64,000 bases of DNA. It comes from Chloroflexota bacterium (GTDB taxonomy: Bacteria > Chloroflexota > Dehalococcoidia > UBA2247 > JAUWOP01). The notes beneath the pieces were generated by a model. The model had not been told where the DNA came from. It worked only from the letters and a program-made list of their open reading frames with translations, and searched no databases. Position numbers and translations under genes: made by a program. Position 1 is the stretch's first letter; the number at the start of each line of letters is the position of its first letter. The stretch lies in contig JAUWOP010000001.1 of NCBI GenBank assembly GCA_030612045.1, positions 26,767-90,766 of the forward strand, read 5' to 3'. Positions 1 through 9,484 of this stretch are shown here, piece by piece.

Positions 1-292
1 AACTTCCCACTACCCTTGCCGTATCGGCAATACTTTCACCCTTCGATAATGAAGAGGAGTGTAGCTCTGCCGATGATATAACACTACCTCCCAAACGGTG
101 CATTGCAGCCTCGAAGGATAGTCGTGTCCGGGTACTGGGTTCATAGAACAAGGTTGCCATTATTTTACCCTGGCAAAGCCCAAATTGCCCACTCATATTT
201 TCATTCATCTGGTCGGCTAGCGAAAAGATTAACTCAACCTCTTCATTGGAGAGGTCGTCAATAGTGATGACACTTCTGCCTGCCATGCTCAT
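1..292 (-). CDS. pyrB: Aspartate carbamoyltransferase catalytic subunit, N-terminal part (3' portion lies beyond the window edge)
   Basis: Reverse-strand translation MSMAGRSVITIDDLSNEEVELIFSLADQ...FYEPSTRTRLSFEAAMHRLGG contains the STRTR carbamoyl-phosphate binding motif. This ORF is not in the supplied track. Confidence 0.6.
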   Translation of the reverse strand, partial: MSMAGRSVITIDDLSNEEVELIFSLADQMNENMSGQFGLCQGKIMATLFYEPSTRTRLSFEAAMHRLGGSVISSAELHSSSLSKGESIADTARVVGS

Positions 293-613
293 GCTACCCT
301 TTCCTTCCCTGGGTTACTTGGTTTGACAGTTCCACACTTTAGTAGCAATGGCTGACTCCCGATGAGCGCGCCAGAGTCACTATTATCTTCAGGCATAAAA
401 AAACCCCCCTACCCTACTGGTGGGAGGTTAATCGAATATATCCGCTCATATTGAGGCTATACACAGCCCTCACTCCAACCTCATGGGCTGAATTCAAGGG
501 GCAACTTTCCGACTCCAAGTAACTTTAAGTATATCACATATGTTTACTACTTTTCAAATTGCCCCAATTGGGGATAAAATAGAGGGTGTACATAATAGGG
601 AGGTAGCAACCTT

Positions 614-1339
614 TTGGCATACATCATATCCCCAATGCATCTTGAAGATATACTCCAGGTCGTGGAGATTAGCCACGAGGCGTTCCCTTCAGAATGTCCG
701 CCGCTCTCCTTCAATTCCTTTAAGCGAGAGCTGGACAATGAGAGGGCTCACTACCTGGTAGCACGGGAGCAATCCGATTCTCCAATTTGTCAGAGCTACC
801 CCTTTCTTAACACTCACACTAGCACTGCGTCTGGAAGGAAGAGAACTATCTTACAACGACTGATTTCGAAGTTTAAGGCTTCCCCGGATAGATGGGATAT
901 TAACACAGGCGAAGAAGCTGCCTCGGACTCATGCTTGATTGTGGGATATAGTGGCTTATGGTTTATGGCAGACGAAGCTCACATCATGTCTATTGCTGTG
1001 CGTAGGTCTCACCAACACAGGGGGGTTGGGGAACCGCTTCTTACTGGTCTCATAGACCTGGCGATAGAATGTAATACAAGAGTCCTTACGCTGGAGGTAA
1101 GAGTTGACAATGTGTCTGCTCAGTCGTTGTATACGAAGTACGGTTTTCAAATAGTAGGTACACGCCCCAACTACTATACTGAGGACCACAAGGATGCCCT
1201 CATCATGTGCACTGGAGAGATTGCATCCGATTCTTTTCAGAAGCAGTTTCAGTGTCTAAAGCAGGACTATTCTAAGAAGCATAAGATTGTAAGTAAAGGA
1301 GAAGACTTATGGAGCAACTCTGGGCACCCTGGAGGATAG
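614..1339 (+). CDS. rimI: GNAT family N-acetyltransferase (RimI-like); the true start may be the internal Met near 635
   Basis: HEAF...HIMSIAVRRSHQHRGVGEPLL...LEVRVDNVSAQSLYTKYGF matches the acetyl-CoA binding Q/RxxGxG/A motif of the GNAT fold. Confidence 0.65.
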   Translation: MAYIISPMHLEDILQVVEISHEAFPSECPPLSFNSFKRELDNERAHYLVAREQSDSPICQSYPFLNTHTSTASGRKRTILQRLISKFKASPDRWDINTGEEAASDSCLIVGYSGLWFMADEAHIMSIAVRRSHQHRGVGEPLLTGLIDLAIECNTRVLTLEVRVDNVSAQSLYTKYGFQIVGTRPNYYTEDHKDALIMCTGEIASDSFQKQFQCLKQDYSKKHKIVSKGEDLWSNSGHPGG

Positions 1340-1785
1340 AATATATTCAGATGGAAAAGTCAGAGGGGTGTGTGATGTGCCAAAAGCCATTGGAGTCCCA
1401 GGATGAGGCAAACTATATTCTCTACAGAGGTGAGGAGAACTTTGTCATGCTCAACGCCTGGCCCTACAATCCTGGCCACCTGATGGTAATTCCTTACCGC
1501 CATATAGGAAATCTGGAAGAGCTATCTAATGCAGAGTTATGGGAACATGGGGATATAGTCAGAAAATGCCTTCATGCTCTGAAGACTGTGTTTAATCCTG
1601 GCGGTTTTAATCTGGGCATAAACTGCGGAAAGGTAGCGGGAGCGGGTATTGTGGGGCATATTCACACTCACATTGTACCTCGATGGGAGGGAGATACCAA
1701 CTTTATACCTGTCATCTCCAATACACGAGTGTTGCCAGAGGCATTATCTTCTACCTATCAGAAGTTGAAGGGGCAAATACGCTGA
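1309..1785 (+). CDS. HIT family hydrolase (histidine triad)
   Basis: HIHTHIVPR is the HxHxHxx triad. Cysteines near the N-terminus. Overlaps the rimI 3' end; the start could instead be at 1351. Confidence 0.7.
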   Translation: MEQLWAPWRIEYIQMEKSEGCVMCQKPLESQDEANYILYRGEENFVMLNAWPYNPGHLMVIPYRHIGNLEELSNAELWEHGDIVRKCLHALKTVFNPGGFNLGINCGKVAGAGIVGHIHTHIVPRWEGDTNFIPVISNTRVLPEALSSTYQKLKGQIR

Positions 1786-1786
1786 G

Positions 1787-1832
1787 CATTCAGTTTTCAG
1801 CTATTAGCCGCCAGATAGCTGTGCTGAAAGCG
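1787..1832. repeat. Family D short repeat (CAGCTATyAGC / GCTGAAAGC motifs), copy D1
   Basis: cattcagttttcagctattagcc...agctgtgctgaaagcgg. Related copies at 14524, 26374, 29728, 30329. Confidence 0.4.
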
Positions 1833-1877
1833 GTGGGCACTCACCTCCGAGGGCTATAGTATCTTCCCCCTTAAATT

Positions 1878-1906
1878 ATAGAGGAAACCCTTATGGTTTC
1901 CTCTAT
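1878..1906. terminator. Perfect 12-bp-stem hairpin between convergent genes; probable terminator for the minus-strand gene and possibly bidirectional
   Basis: atagaggaaacc-cttat-ggtttcctctat. There is no clean U tract on the plus side. Confidence 0.4.
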
Positions 1907-1976
1907 ATCCAAAAAAGAATACTCTACCCTTACACTCCCGACTCAAAAGAGGTATCAGCTTTTGCACATACCACCT

Positions 1977-2201
1977 TTAATATTCTATAACAGCTACAGC
2001 CTCTCCACCTTTGACCAATTGACCTGGTGAAACCTTAATCTCCTTAATTGTGCCTGATACAGGAGCAAGGATGGGGTTCTCCATCTTCATAGACTCCATC
2101 ATGCAAACCACATCACCCTCCTCCACCCCGTTACCTAACGATATAGTTATCTCTATTATTTTACCAGTTATCGGTACCTCTACTATTTCTGAAGCCAACA
2201 C
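1977..2201 (-). CDS. Small biotin/lipoyl-attachment domain protein (biotin carboxyl carrier type)
   Basis: 74 aa containing ...GDVVCMMESMKMENPILAPVSG..., with the biotinylation Lys in the MKM context. Confidence 0.65.
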   Translation of the reverse strand: MLASEIVEVPITGKIIEITISLGNGVEEGDVVCMMESMKMENPILAPVSGTIKEIKVSPGQLVKGGEAVAVIEY

Positions 2202-2354
2202 AATCCTCCTTTATATTCTTTTAATAAAAAACAGCAACTGAGAATTATTATATCGTGTGGCTTTTGTGGAGTCAATATACTGTACTCGTTCAATACTATA
2301 TTGACAAAATGACCATACATTGCTACACTATGTAGGTTATTTGTGAGATGAGAG

Positions 2355-3149
2355 ATGGAAGTTAGAATAGTAGGGGCTCATTGCTGTGAGTCAGTAGAGA
2401 CAAAGCTGACATGTATGGTATTGGATGGTATCCTTGCTCTGGATGCAGGAGGATTGACTACAAACCTTTGTTTTGCTGCGCAGGAGAGAATTCGGGCAAT
2501 CTTGCTTACCCACCAGCACCTTGACCATGTCAAGGGTATTGGTACTATTGGCTATTTCAATGGACTGCTGATAGATTCAGGATTAAAAGATACACCTAAA
2601 CATGTCTACGCTATCCCAAGCGTGTTAAAGAATCTCTCAACTGACCTACTTAATAATAGGACCTTTCCTGATTTTACTACCTGGCCCTCTGTGGAGAAAC
2701 CTGCCCTACAGTTCCATCCCGTGGAGTCCTACAAGGAATCCACCATAGAGGGATATAGAGTCCTACCACTCCCTGTAAATCATACTGTGCCCGCAGTGGG
2801 CTACTATGTGACTGCCCCAGATGGGGAAAGCTTGTTCTTTACCGGTGATTCTGGCCCCGGCTGGGTCAAACGAACATACGAATATATCACCCCTGATCTT
2901 ATTATCACAGAGCTCTCAGGCACGAACCATCACACAGAGACAGCCATAAAAATAGGTCACCTTACACCTCAGCTTCTCAAACAGGAACTGAGCGAATTTC
3001 ACCACTATAAGGGGTATTTGTCACCTGTCATCTTGATTCATCTTACTCCTCTCATTGAAGAGGAAATTAGACAGGAGGTAGAGGAAGTTGCCTCGGAGCT
3101 GGGAGCAAACATTCGTCTGGGGCGAGAGGGTATGAGAATTAGTGTTTGA
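2355..3149 (+). CDS. Metallo-beta-lactamase fold hydrolase
   Basis: THQHLDHVKGIG carries the HxHxDH motif; downstream His/Asp ligands are present. Confidence 0.6.
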   Translation: MEVRIVGAHCCESVETKLTCMVLDGILALDAGGLTTNLCFAAQERIRAILLTHQHLDHVKGIGTIGYFNGLLIDSGLKDTPKHVYAIPSVLKNLSTDLLNNRTFPDFTTWPSVEKPALQFHPVESYKESTIEGYRVLPLPVNHTVPAVGYYVTAPDGESLFFTGDSGPGWVKRTYEYITPDLIITELSGTNHHTETAIKIGHLTPQLLKQELSEFHHYKGYLSPVILIHLTPLIEEEIRQEVEEVASELGANIRLGREGMRISV

Positions 3150-3209
3150 ACGCACTGTGTGGGAATGCTGGAATACCAGAGGAAGGAATAGGGGAAGGGG
3201 GTTCTTAAA

Positions 3210-3554
3210 ATGAAGATGCTTTTTGTTGACCCCAAATTCTACCGCTGGGGATTTAGCTACCCTAACAGTGTTTCTGCCTTTGGTCCTATCTGTGTGGCTA
3301 CCTATCTGAAACATAATGGGCAAGAGGCTGAGATACTCGACATGAATGCCAGGAATGTCGGATGGGAGGAGCTTCCATCTATAATCAGAGAGAAGAACCC
3401 TAATATTGTTGGTATCCCCAGTGCGATGAATTGCTATGTTCCTGAAGCCCTGGAAGTTGCCGGGATTACCAAATCAGCAAACCTCAATATTGTCACTATT
3501 GGTGGAGGGATGAATTTTACCATACATAAAACCCTAATTCCTACTCCCCCATAA
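3210..3554 (+). pseudogene. N-terminal cobalamin-binding domain of a B12-binding radical SAM enzyme; the radical SAM domain is missing (truncated gene)
   Basis: MKMLFVDPKF...PICVATYLKHNGQEAEILDMNA...NPNIVGIPSAMN...IVTIGGG matches the B12-binding domain pattern. The ORF stops after 114 aa and abuts a convergent gene. Confidence 0.45.
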
Positions 3555-3957
3555 TCTGTACTACAATTTGCCGTGTGCGGGAGCGATTATCAAAGTCCAC
3601 GAAGACAATTTGCTGCCATGTTCCCAAAGATAACTTCCCATTACTGAAAGGTATAGTTAGAGAAGCCCCCAGAATCGAGGCACGCACATGAGAGTAGCCA
3701 TTGCCATCTCCCCAGGCTTGGTCATGAGCATAGGGAATATCAGTAGGGATGACCCTGTCCCACATTTTCTTGAAATCGGAGAGCAACCCTGACTCATTCT
3801 CAATAGTGGTAATACCTGCTGTAGAGCCAGTAACAAACAAGGTCACTATCCCATCTTTAATCTCAGATTCTGCTATTTTGCTTGCCACCTGAGAAGTAAT
3901 ATCAACGATATCACAGTGCCCTTGGGTCTGAAAACTAATCCTTTTGGTAGCTATCAT
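3541..3957 (-). CDS. YjbQ/UPF0047 family protein (secondary thiamine-phosphate synthase-like)
   Basis: 138 aa, ...VTLFVTGSTAGITTIENESGLLSDFKK...HDQAWGDGNGYSHVRASILG..., typical of UPF0047. Confidence 0.65.
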   Translation of the reverse strand: MIATKRISFQTQGHCDIVDITSQVASKIAESEIKDGIVTLFVTGSTAGITTIENESGLLSDFKKMWDRVIPTDIPYAHDQAWGDGNGYSHVRASILGASLTIPFSNGKLSLGTWQQIVFVDFDNRSRTRQIVVQIMGE

Positions 3958-4149
3958 AGTATATAAAGAGGCAAGAATTCCCTCACTCCCTTCTGTAAAC
4001 GGATTATATGAAATTTAGCTCTAAGTGTCAACAATGTTCCTTCTGAAAAGCTCCAATTGGCAGGATAATTAGTAAGATTGAGACTTGTATGGCAAGCATG
4101 CTACACTTATTAGTGGTGGGAGCAAATAGATGTTGAGGAAGGGAGAGTA

Positions 4150-5061
4150 ATGGCGGTTAGACTCTACAAGGAACCCAAACTTGAAGACCCTGTTTTGATA
4201 GCTGGTTGGCCAGGTATTGGAAATATCGGAATAATAGCTGTCGATACCTTAAGAGGAGCAGTAAAGGCAGAGGAATTTGGGGAGATAGAACCCTGGGATT
4301 TCTTCTATCCTAAGAAGGTTTTAATCGAAGATGGTGAGTTAAAGGATTTAGAGTTTCCCATCAATAAATTCTACTTCAGAAAAACTGAGAAAAAGGATTT
4401 GATATTTTTTATTGGAGAGGAACAGCCTGCTGGGATAGGAAGGGCTTACGCCGAAGGAATAAAAGCTTACCAGATGGCTAATCTCATCTTGGATGTTGCC
4501 CTAAAATTTGGGTGCCGGAGAGTTTATACTTCAGGCGCGGCTGTTGCCCCTATCCATCATACAGTGAAGCCAAGAGTTTGGGCGGTACCAAATAGTGGAG
4601 ACTTAGTTGATGAACTGAGAAGCTATGAAAATATAGTGCTAATGTCAGATATTGAGGAAAGAGGTGGGCAGGGCAATATCACTGGCTTAAACGGGCTCTT
4701 GCTGGGAGTTGCCAAGAAGAGGGGTCTAGAAGCTATCTGTGTAATGGGTGAGATACCAATCTATTTTCAGGGGTTCCCCTTTCCCTACCCAAAAGCATCA
4801 AAATCGGTTCTCGATGTATTAACTGCCATTCTGGGAATTAGCATCGAGATGGAGAGATTTACTGCCATTGTTGAGCGCAACGAAAGAGAAATCGAGAGAT
4901 TATATGAGAAATTCCCTTCAGAGATAAAGGAACAGCTCGATAAATTAAGATATGTGACTTATACCAAGCCGACTGAGCCAGGACCAATAACCGAAGAAGA
5001 CAAGGTAAGAATCTTAGAAGACATTGATAGATTCTTTAAAAAAGAACCAAAGGAAGACTAA
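4150..5061 (+). CDS. PAC2 (proteasome assembly chaperone 2-like) family protein, copy 1
   Basis: PVLIAGWPGIGNIGIIAVDTL...EFGEIEP...FF resembles PAC2 family N-terminal motifs. Good RBS gaggaagggagag. C-terminal coiled-coil tail. Confidence 0.5.
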   Translation: MAVRLYKEPKLEDPVLIAGWPGIGNIGIIAVDTLRGAVKAEEFGEIEPWDFFYPKKVLIEDGELKDLEFPINKFYFRKTEKKDLIFFIGEEQPAGIGRAYAEGIKAYQMANLILDVALKFGCRRVYTSGAAVAPIHHTVKPRVWAVPNSGDLVDELRSYENIVLMSDIEERGGQGNITGLNGLLLGVAKKRGLEAICVMGEIPIYFQGFPFPYPKASKSVLDVLTAILGISIEMERFTAIVERNEREIERLYEKFPSEIKEQLDKLRYVTYTKPTEPGPITEEDKVRILEDIDRFFKKEPKED

Positions 5062-5063
5062 AG

Positions 5064-5900
5064 TTGGGCGAGAGATGCCCCTTTATTAAGATTTATGGGA
5101 AACCGGAACTACAAAGCTCATCCCTGATAGTGGGCTGGGATGAAGATGCTGGCAGGCTGGGGACAAAGGTTACTGACTGCCTGAATAAGAAGCTGGGATG
5201 TGATGAATTCGGGGAAATTGAACCTGCAGGTTTCTTCCCAATAGACGGAGTCTTAGTAGAAGATGACATAGCCCAATTTCCAGAAAGTAAATTCTATTGC
5301 TGTAATAAAGAGAATCTGGTATTTTTTAAAAGTACCCCACCAAGAGCCGAGTGGTATAAATTTCTAAATTCAGTATTAGATGTGGCTGAACATTACTGCC
5401 ATGTGAGAGAGTTATACACTATTGGTGCCATGATTACTTCACGCCCCCATACTATCCCTCGAGAGTTGCTAGCTATGGTCAACTCATCGAAAATGAAGAA
5501 GATGTTGAGTCAGTATAATATAGCCACAGATACAGAGTATGAAACCCCACATGGACAAAGACCAACCTTAAGCTCTCTTCTTCTATGGGTTGCAAAAAGG
5601 AGAAATATTCCAGGAGTAGGACTCTGGGTGCCAATACCTTTTTATCTGGCATCGACTGAAGACCCTCAGGCATGGAGAAGAGCCATCGGATTTTTTGATG
5701 AGAGATTCAACTTGGGAATCGATTTCAGAGATATTGATGAAGAAGTGATAAGGCAAAATAAAAAGCTTACTGAATTAGCAAACCAGTTTCCTGAGTTCAA
5801 CGAATATGTCCGCAGATTAGAATGGAACCTCAGTCTAACTGAGAATGAAAGTGAGAAGCTTACTGAGACAACCGAAGAGTTCCTCAAGAAAAGAGATTAA
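5064..5900 (+). CDS. PAC2 family protein, copy 2 (diverged tandem paralog)
   Basis: SLIVGWDEDAGRLGTKVTDCL...EFGEIEPAGFF shares the GW...G..G...D.L...EFGEIEP..FF pattern with copy 1. Starts 3 nt after copy 1's stop. Confidence 0.45.
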   Translation: MGERCPFIKIYGKPELQSSSLIVGWDEDAGRLGTKVTDCLNKKLGCDEFGEIEPAGFFPIDGVLVEDDIAQFPESKFYCCNKENLVFFKSTPPRAEWYKFLNSVLDVAEHYCHVRELYTIGAMITSRPHTIPRELLAMVNSSKMKKMLSQYNIATDTEYETPHGQRPTLSSLLLWVAKRRNIPGVGLWVPIPFYLASTEDPQAWRRAIGFFDERFNLGIDFRDIDEEVIRQNKKLTELANQFPEFNEYVRRLEWNLSLTENESEKLTETTEEFLKKRD

Positions 5901-5990
5901 ACTCAGGTTTATCTCCGAAGAGTAAGAGTGGCTCACTAAAAGGGGTACTCCTATTATCTCGTGAACTGGAGGCGGCCTACCATGAAGAGA

Positions 5991-6066
5991 TGGTGGGCGG
6001 TAGAGGATTTGAACCTCTGACCCCTTGCGTGTGAAGCAAGTGCTCTCACCACTGAGCTAACCGCCC
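5991..6066 (-). tRNA. tRNA-Val (anticodon CAC), CCA encoded
   Basis: Reverse complement folds as GGGCGGT/ACCGCCC acceptor, GCTC/GAGC D-stem, CTTGC-TTCACAC-GCAAG anticodon arm, AGAGG-TTCAAAT-CCTCT T-arm, discriminator A73. Confidence 0.85.
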
Positions 6067-6843
6067 CAAATTATATCCAATTTGTCCCCGGTTCCTGTCG
6101 AAAATCCGCTAAAGCAAAAGGTCTTTTCGCTACCTTTAATCTTGCCCCACTGTCTCCTGCTCCCTCTCAAGATCGCATTATATCGCTGCCACATCACACA
6201 GTCAAATATACGTACGTAGCTTCATCCTGCTTGCAAATAACAAGCATATAATCTGCCCCCCATTCTTAACCTAACCGGCAGATGTTGACTTGCTATATTT
6301 CCTAATGAATCGGACTACTCTATCAACATTAGCAGTAGTAGCTTCCCTCAGCCTTCTTGCTACTCCCCTTGCCGTTCTCACGTCTTTATCCAATTGACGC
6401 CATATTCGCTTACCAATATACCTGATACCTGGCTATTTCCCTCTGGCACATCCTCTGACCTAAGGTCGCTTACAGCATCAATAAGGTTCTGCTGCTCACA
6501 AGTAAGCCCGTTTCCTGTTCTATCTTAAGCAGCTCAATTGCCGTGGGGATAAAGCCCTCCGGTGGAGTGGGACTTATCTCCGAGCAAAATGCTATCCATT
6601 CCTCTATCTTCTCAGGTTCAATCCCTATGCCCAGTAGCCTCTCAAGAAAGCGAAAGCCCAGTTTTGCTTGCGCAAGGTCTAAGTTTTATTCCGAAAATAG
6701 ACTCACCCCACATTTTCATGGTTCGTTGGTGGGCAGCCGCCCATGAGTGTTTGTTTTCTGATTAGCACAATTAGGGGTCTTGGTAGGCTTGCAGCCGCCA
6801 TTCCTTGGAACTAGAATGTAGGTAAAGGTGGGAAAGCTCAGCA

Positions 6844-7878
6844 ATGATTCACATCGATGGGTCAGAAAGGTCAGGAAGCGGGACTATCGTGCGATATGCT
6901 ATAGCCCTCTGCTCGCTGCTCGGTGAAGAATTGCATATCATCAACATCCGGGCAAAGCGGGACAAGCCAGGACTGCGTCCGCAGCACCTGGCCTCGGTGA
7001 GAGCCTGCGCCCAGATGTGCGATGCCCAAGTGGAGGGGGCAGAAGTAAACTCCAAGGAGATTGCCTACAAACCGGGAGGAAAGATAAAGGGTGGTTACTA
7101 CGAGTGGGATATCGGCACTGCCGGCTCGACCACCATGTTGGTGATGTCACTGCTTCCTCTGGCCTGCTTTGCCGATAAGGATACCACCATCAGAGTAACT
7201 GGCGGACTGTTTCAGGACTTTGCCCCCTCGGCCCATCACATGCAACGTGTATTATTCCCCACGCTGCAAAAGATGGGCGTGCAGACATCTCTGGAAGTAA
7301 TCCGCCCCGGGTATGTTCCCAAAGGGGGTGGCGTCATTCAGGTCAACATAAAGTCGGTCAACAGCATAAAGCCTTTGGCACTGTCCCGTCAGGGTAGAGT
7401 TAAGTCCATCAAGGGATTGTCCCTCTCCTCTCATTTGAAGAAACCAAGGGTGAGCGAGAGGATGGCAAGAGAATGTCGAGAATTTCTTGTTCAAAAAGGG
7501 TATCGCCCAGACATAGAAACCCTGTGGGACGAAACCTCCTCGCAAGAGGGGGCCAGCCTAGCCATCTGGGCGGAGACTGATACCGGCTGCCTGTTGGGGG
7601 CTGACCGTGCAGGAAGGAGAGGTCGTAGCTCCGAGGAGATCGGCAGATATGTGGCACGGACGCTTCTGGAGGACCTGGGGGCTGGCGCTACCGTTGATCG
7701 ATATCTGGCGGATCAGCTAATCATCTATGCGGCGCTCGCCAGAGGGACTACACAGTGCATCATACCACGCCTCACAGGGCATGTGGAAACTAACCTCTGG
7801 CTGGTGGAGCAGTTCGGGGCTCGCCCGCGACTCGAGGGAAACGATTTACAAATTGAAGGACTGGAGCTTACCAGGTAA
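6844..7878 (+). CDS. rtcA: RNA 3'-terminal phosphate cyclase
   Basis: MIHIDGSERSGSGTIVRYAIALCSLLG...HIINIRAKRDKPGLRPQHL is the typical RtcA N-terminus. 344 aa. Confidence 0.8.
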   Translation: MIHIDGSERSGSGTIVRYAIALCSLLGEELHIINIRAKRDKPGLRPQHLASVRACAQMCDAQVEGAEVNSKEIAYKPGGKIKGGYYEWDIGTAGSTTMLVMSLLPLACFADKDTTIRVTGGLFQDFAPSAHHMQRVLFPTLQKMGVQTSLEVIRPGYVPKGGGVIQVNIKSVNSIKPLALSRQGRVKSIKGLSLSSHLKKPRVSERMARECREFLVQKGYRPDIETLWDETSSQEGASLAIWAETDTGCLLGADRAGRRGRSSEEIGRYVARTLLEDLGAGATVDRYLADQLIIYAALARGTTQCIIPRLTGHVETNLWLVEQFGARPRLEGNDLQIEGLELTR

Positions 7879-8097
7879 GGGTGAGAATGTCCTCATCGAT
7901 GCCATGACGGGTGGGGGGACCATATTGACTCATTTTGGCATGACCATGCTTAAGACAAAACCCTGGGAATTGGCGAGCCGATTAACCGATGAGTCAGGGA
8001 TTGAGGTGATTGCATCCTCAGATGGGATGACGATAGCACTTGACCCTAACGAATGCTCACGACTCTTACCTCCCCCCCTACCGGAATGATAAGTTGC

Positions 8098-8127
8098 TTG
8101 ACGGCATTTTGGGATGTTAGTTATAAT
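8098..8127 (+). promoter_or_regulatory. Sigma70-like promoter for tRNA-Gly
   Basis: TTGACG (8098-8103), 18-nt spacer, TATAAT (8122-8127), about 11 nt before the tRNA 5' end. Confidence 0.5.
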
Positions 8128-8138
8128 AAACTTTGCGA

Positions 8139-8213
8139 GCGGGTGTAACTCAGTGGTAGAGTGCTTGCTTCCCAAGCAAGGAGCCGTGGGTTCGAATCCC
8201 ATCACCCGCTCCA
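8139..8213 (+). tRNA. tRNA-Gly (anticodon CCC), CCA encoded, bacterial-type U73 discriminator
   Basis: GCGGGTG/CACCCGC acceptor, ACTC/GAGT D-stem, CTTGC-TTCCCAA-GCAAG anticodon arm, TTCGAAT T-loop. Confidence 0.85.
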
Positions 8214-8482
8214 CAAAGCTAAGGATATCCGGCCTGTAAGAACTTGCATGAGTCAAGCAGCAGTGGTAGTCTACTAATTGCTTCTCAAAGAATCAGAGGA
8301 ATAACCTCTGCATCTGAGTAACTCTCACTATAATTGTTCAACACTCCACCACTGAGTTTAGTTAGTAACTATGAATATCTTCATCAAACTTACTGCCACT
8401 CGCTGCAGGATTTCTCTAATTATGCTATTTTAATAGGAGGGGATTTGCTTCAAAGGACTTCAGCTTGATATAATGAATCATC

Positions 8483-9484
8483 ATGATGGTAACCTCAGTT
8501 TCTGAAAAGCTGATACCAGTAGTAGACCTGGGTGGCTCAAAAATTATTGCTGCTTTGGTCTCCTACAATGGCGAGATTATTGCCGAAGAGCATGTTGCTA
8601 CCCTGGCAGAGCAGGGTCCCAATGCAGTAATTGACAGGATGCTCGCTACCCTCAAAGGGGTCATTTCTAAGGCTAACCTGTCTCTATCTTCACCTGCTAT
8701 TTCTAGGTTGGTCATTGCCTCCGCCGGAGCCATTGATAAGCATAATGGGATAGTAACCTCCTCTCCCAACCTTCCAGGGTGGCAAAATATCACCCTGAAA
8801 GAGACTGTGGAAAAGGAGATGGGACGGGAGGTTCTCCTTATAAACGATGCTAGCGCCGCCGCAATAGGCGAGCATCGCTTCGGTGCAGGCAGGGGAGTGG
8901 ATAATCTCATCTATGTTACAGTAAGCACCGGTATTGGTGGAGGAATCATTACAGATGGCAAATTATACACTGGCGTCTCGGGTAGTGCCGGTGAAATAGG
9001 GCATATGTGTATCAATCTCAATGGTCCTCATTGTAGCTGTGGTAACATAGGATGCCTAGAAAGCCTTGCTTCAGGGAAAGCTATAGCAAGAGAAGCCCAG
9101 AGGCGCATTACTCAGGGGACAAAGAGTCTCATTCTTGAATTAGCCGAAGGAGAGATACATAATATCAATGCCAGAATAGTTTCTGATGCTGCTCGAAGGG
9201 GAGATACTCTGGCAATAGAACTTATCTCCCAGGTAGCTACTTATCTTGGAATAGGACTGGTAAACCTGGTCAACATCTTCAATCCAGAGATGATTATCAT
9301 CGGAGGAGGAATGTCACAAATGGGAGAGATGCTTCTCTCTCCCGCCCGCCAAATTGTGGAAGAAAGAGCCTACCGACTACCCGCTGAGGCAGTGCAGATT
9401 GTGCCCAGTGAACTGGGTGATTATTCCAGTATCTTGGGCAGTGTTGCCTTCCTCCAGTTAGATGAGTTTAATTCGGTGCGTTGA
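8483..9484 (+). CDS. ROK family sugar kinase (glucokinase-like)
   Basis: VVDLGGSKI N-terminal ATPase motif, ...IGGGI..., and the ROK zinc motif HMCINLNGPHCSCGNIGCLE. Confidence 0.8.
   Translation: MMVTSVSEKLIPVVDLGGSKIIAALVSYNGEIIAEEHVATLAEQGPNAVIDRMLATLKGVISKANLSLSSPAISRLVIASAGAIDKHNGIVTSSPNLPGWQNITLKETVEKEMGREVLLINDASAAAIGEHRFGAGRGVDNLIYVTVSTGIGGGIITDGKLYTGVSGSAGEIGHMCINLNGPHCSCGNIGCLESLASGKAIAREAQRRITQGTKSLILELAEGEIHNINARIVSDAARRGDTLAIELISQVATYLGIGLVNLVNIFNPEMIIIGGGMSQMGEMLLSPARQIVEERAYRLPAEAVQIVPSELGDYSSILGSVAFLQLDEFNSVR

Noticed and set aside
2050-2241. 63-aa plus-strand ORF opposite the biotin-carrier gene
   Set aside because: Antisense to a better-supported conserved-domain ORF. Low-complexity translation.
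6067-6140. Promoter for tRNA-Val on the minus strand
   Set aside because: The only TATAAT-like hexamer, 6070-6075 on the minus strand, lies 3 nt from the mature 5' end. That is too close to be the -10, so no convincing promoter could be placed.
7727-8089. 120-aa ORF overlapping the rtcA 3' end and the tRNA-Gly promoter
   Set aside because: It overlaps the rtcA stop region and contains the promoter hexamers, with no family resemblance. Only the last 62 codons, starting at Met about 7903, could be independent. Too weak to call.
7930-8256. 108-aa minus-strand ORF overlapping tRNA-Gly
   Set aside because: Its translation, ...MGFEPTAPCLGSKHSTTELHP, is the classic antisense read-through of a tRNA gene. 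Spurious.
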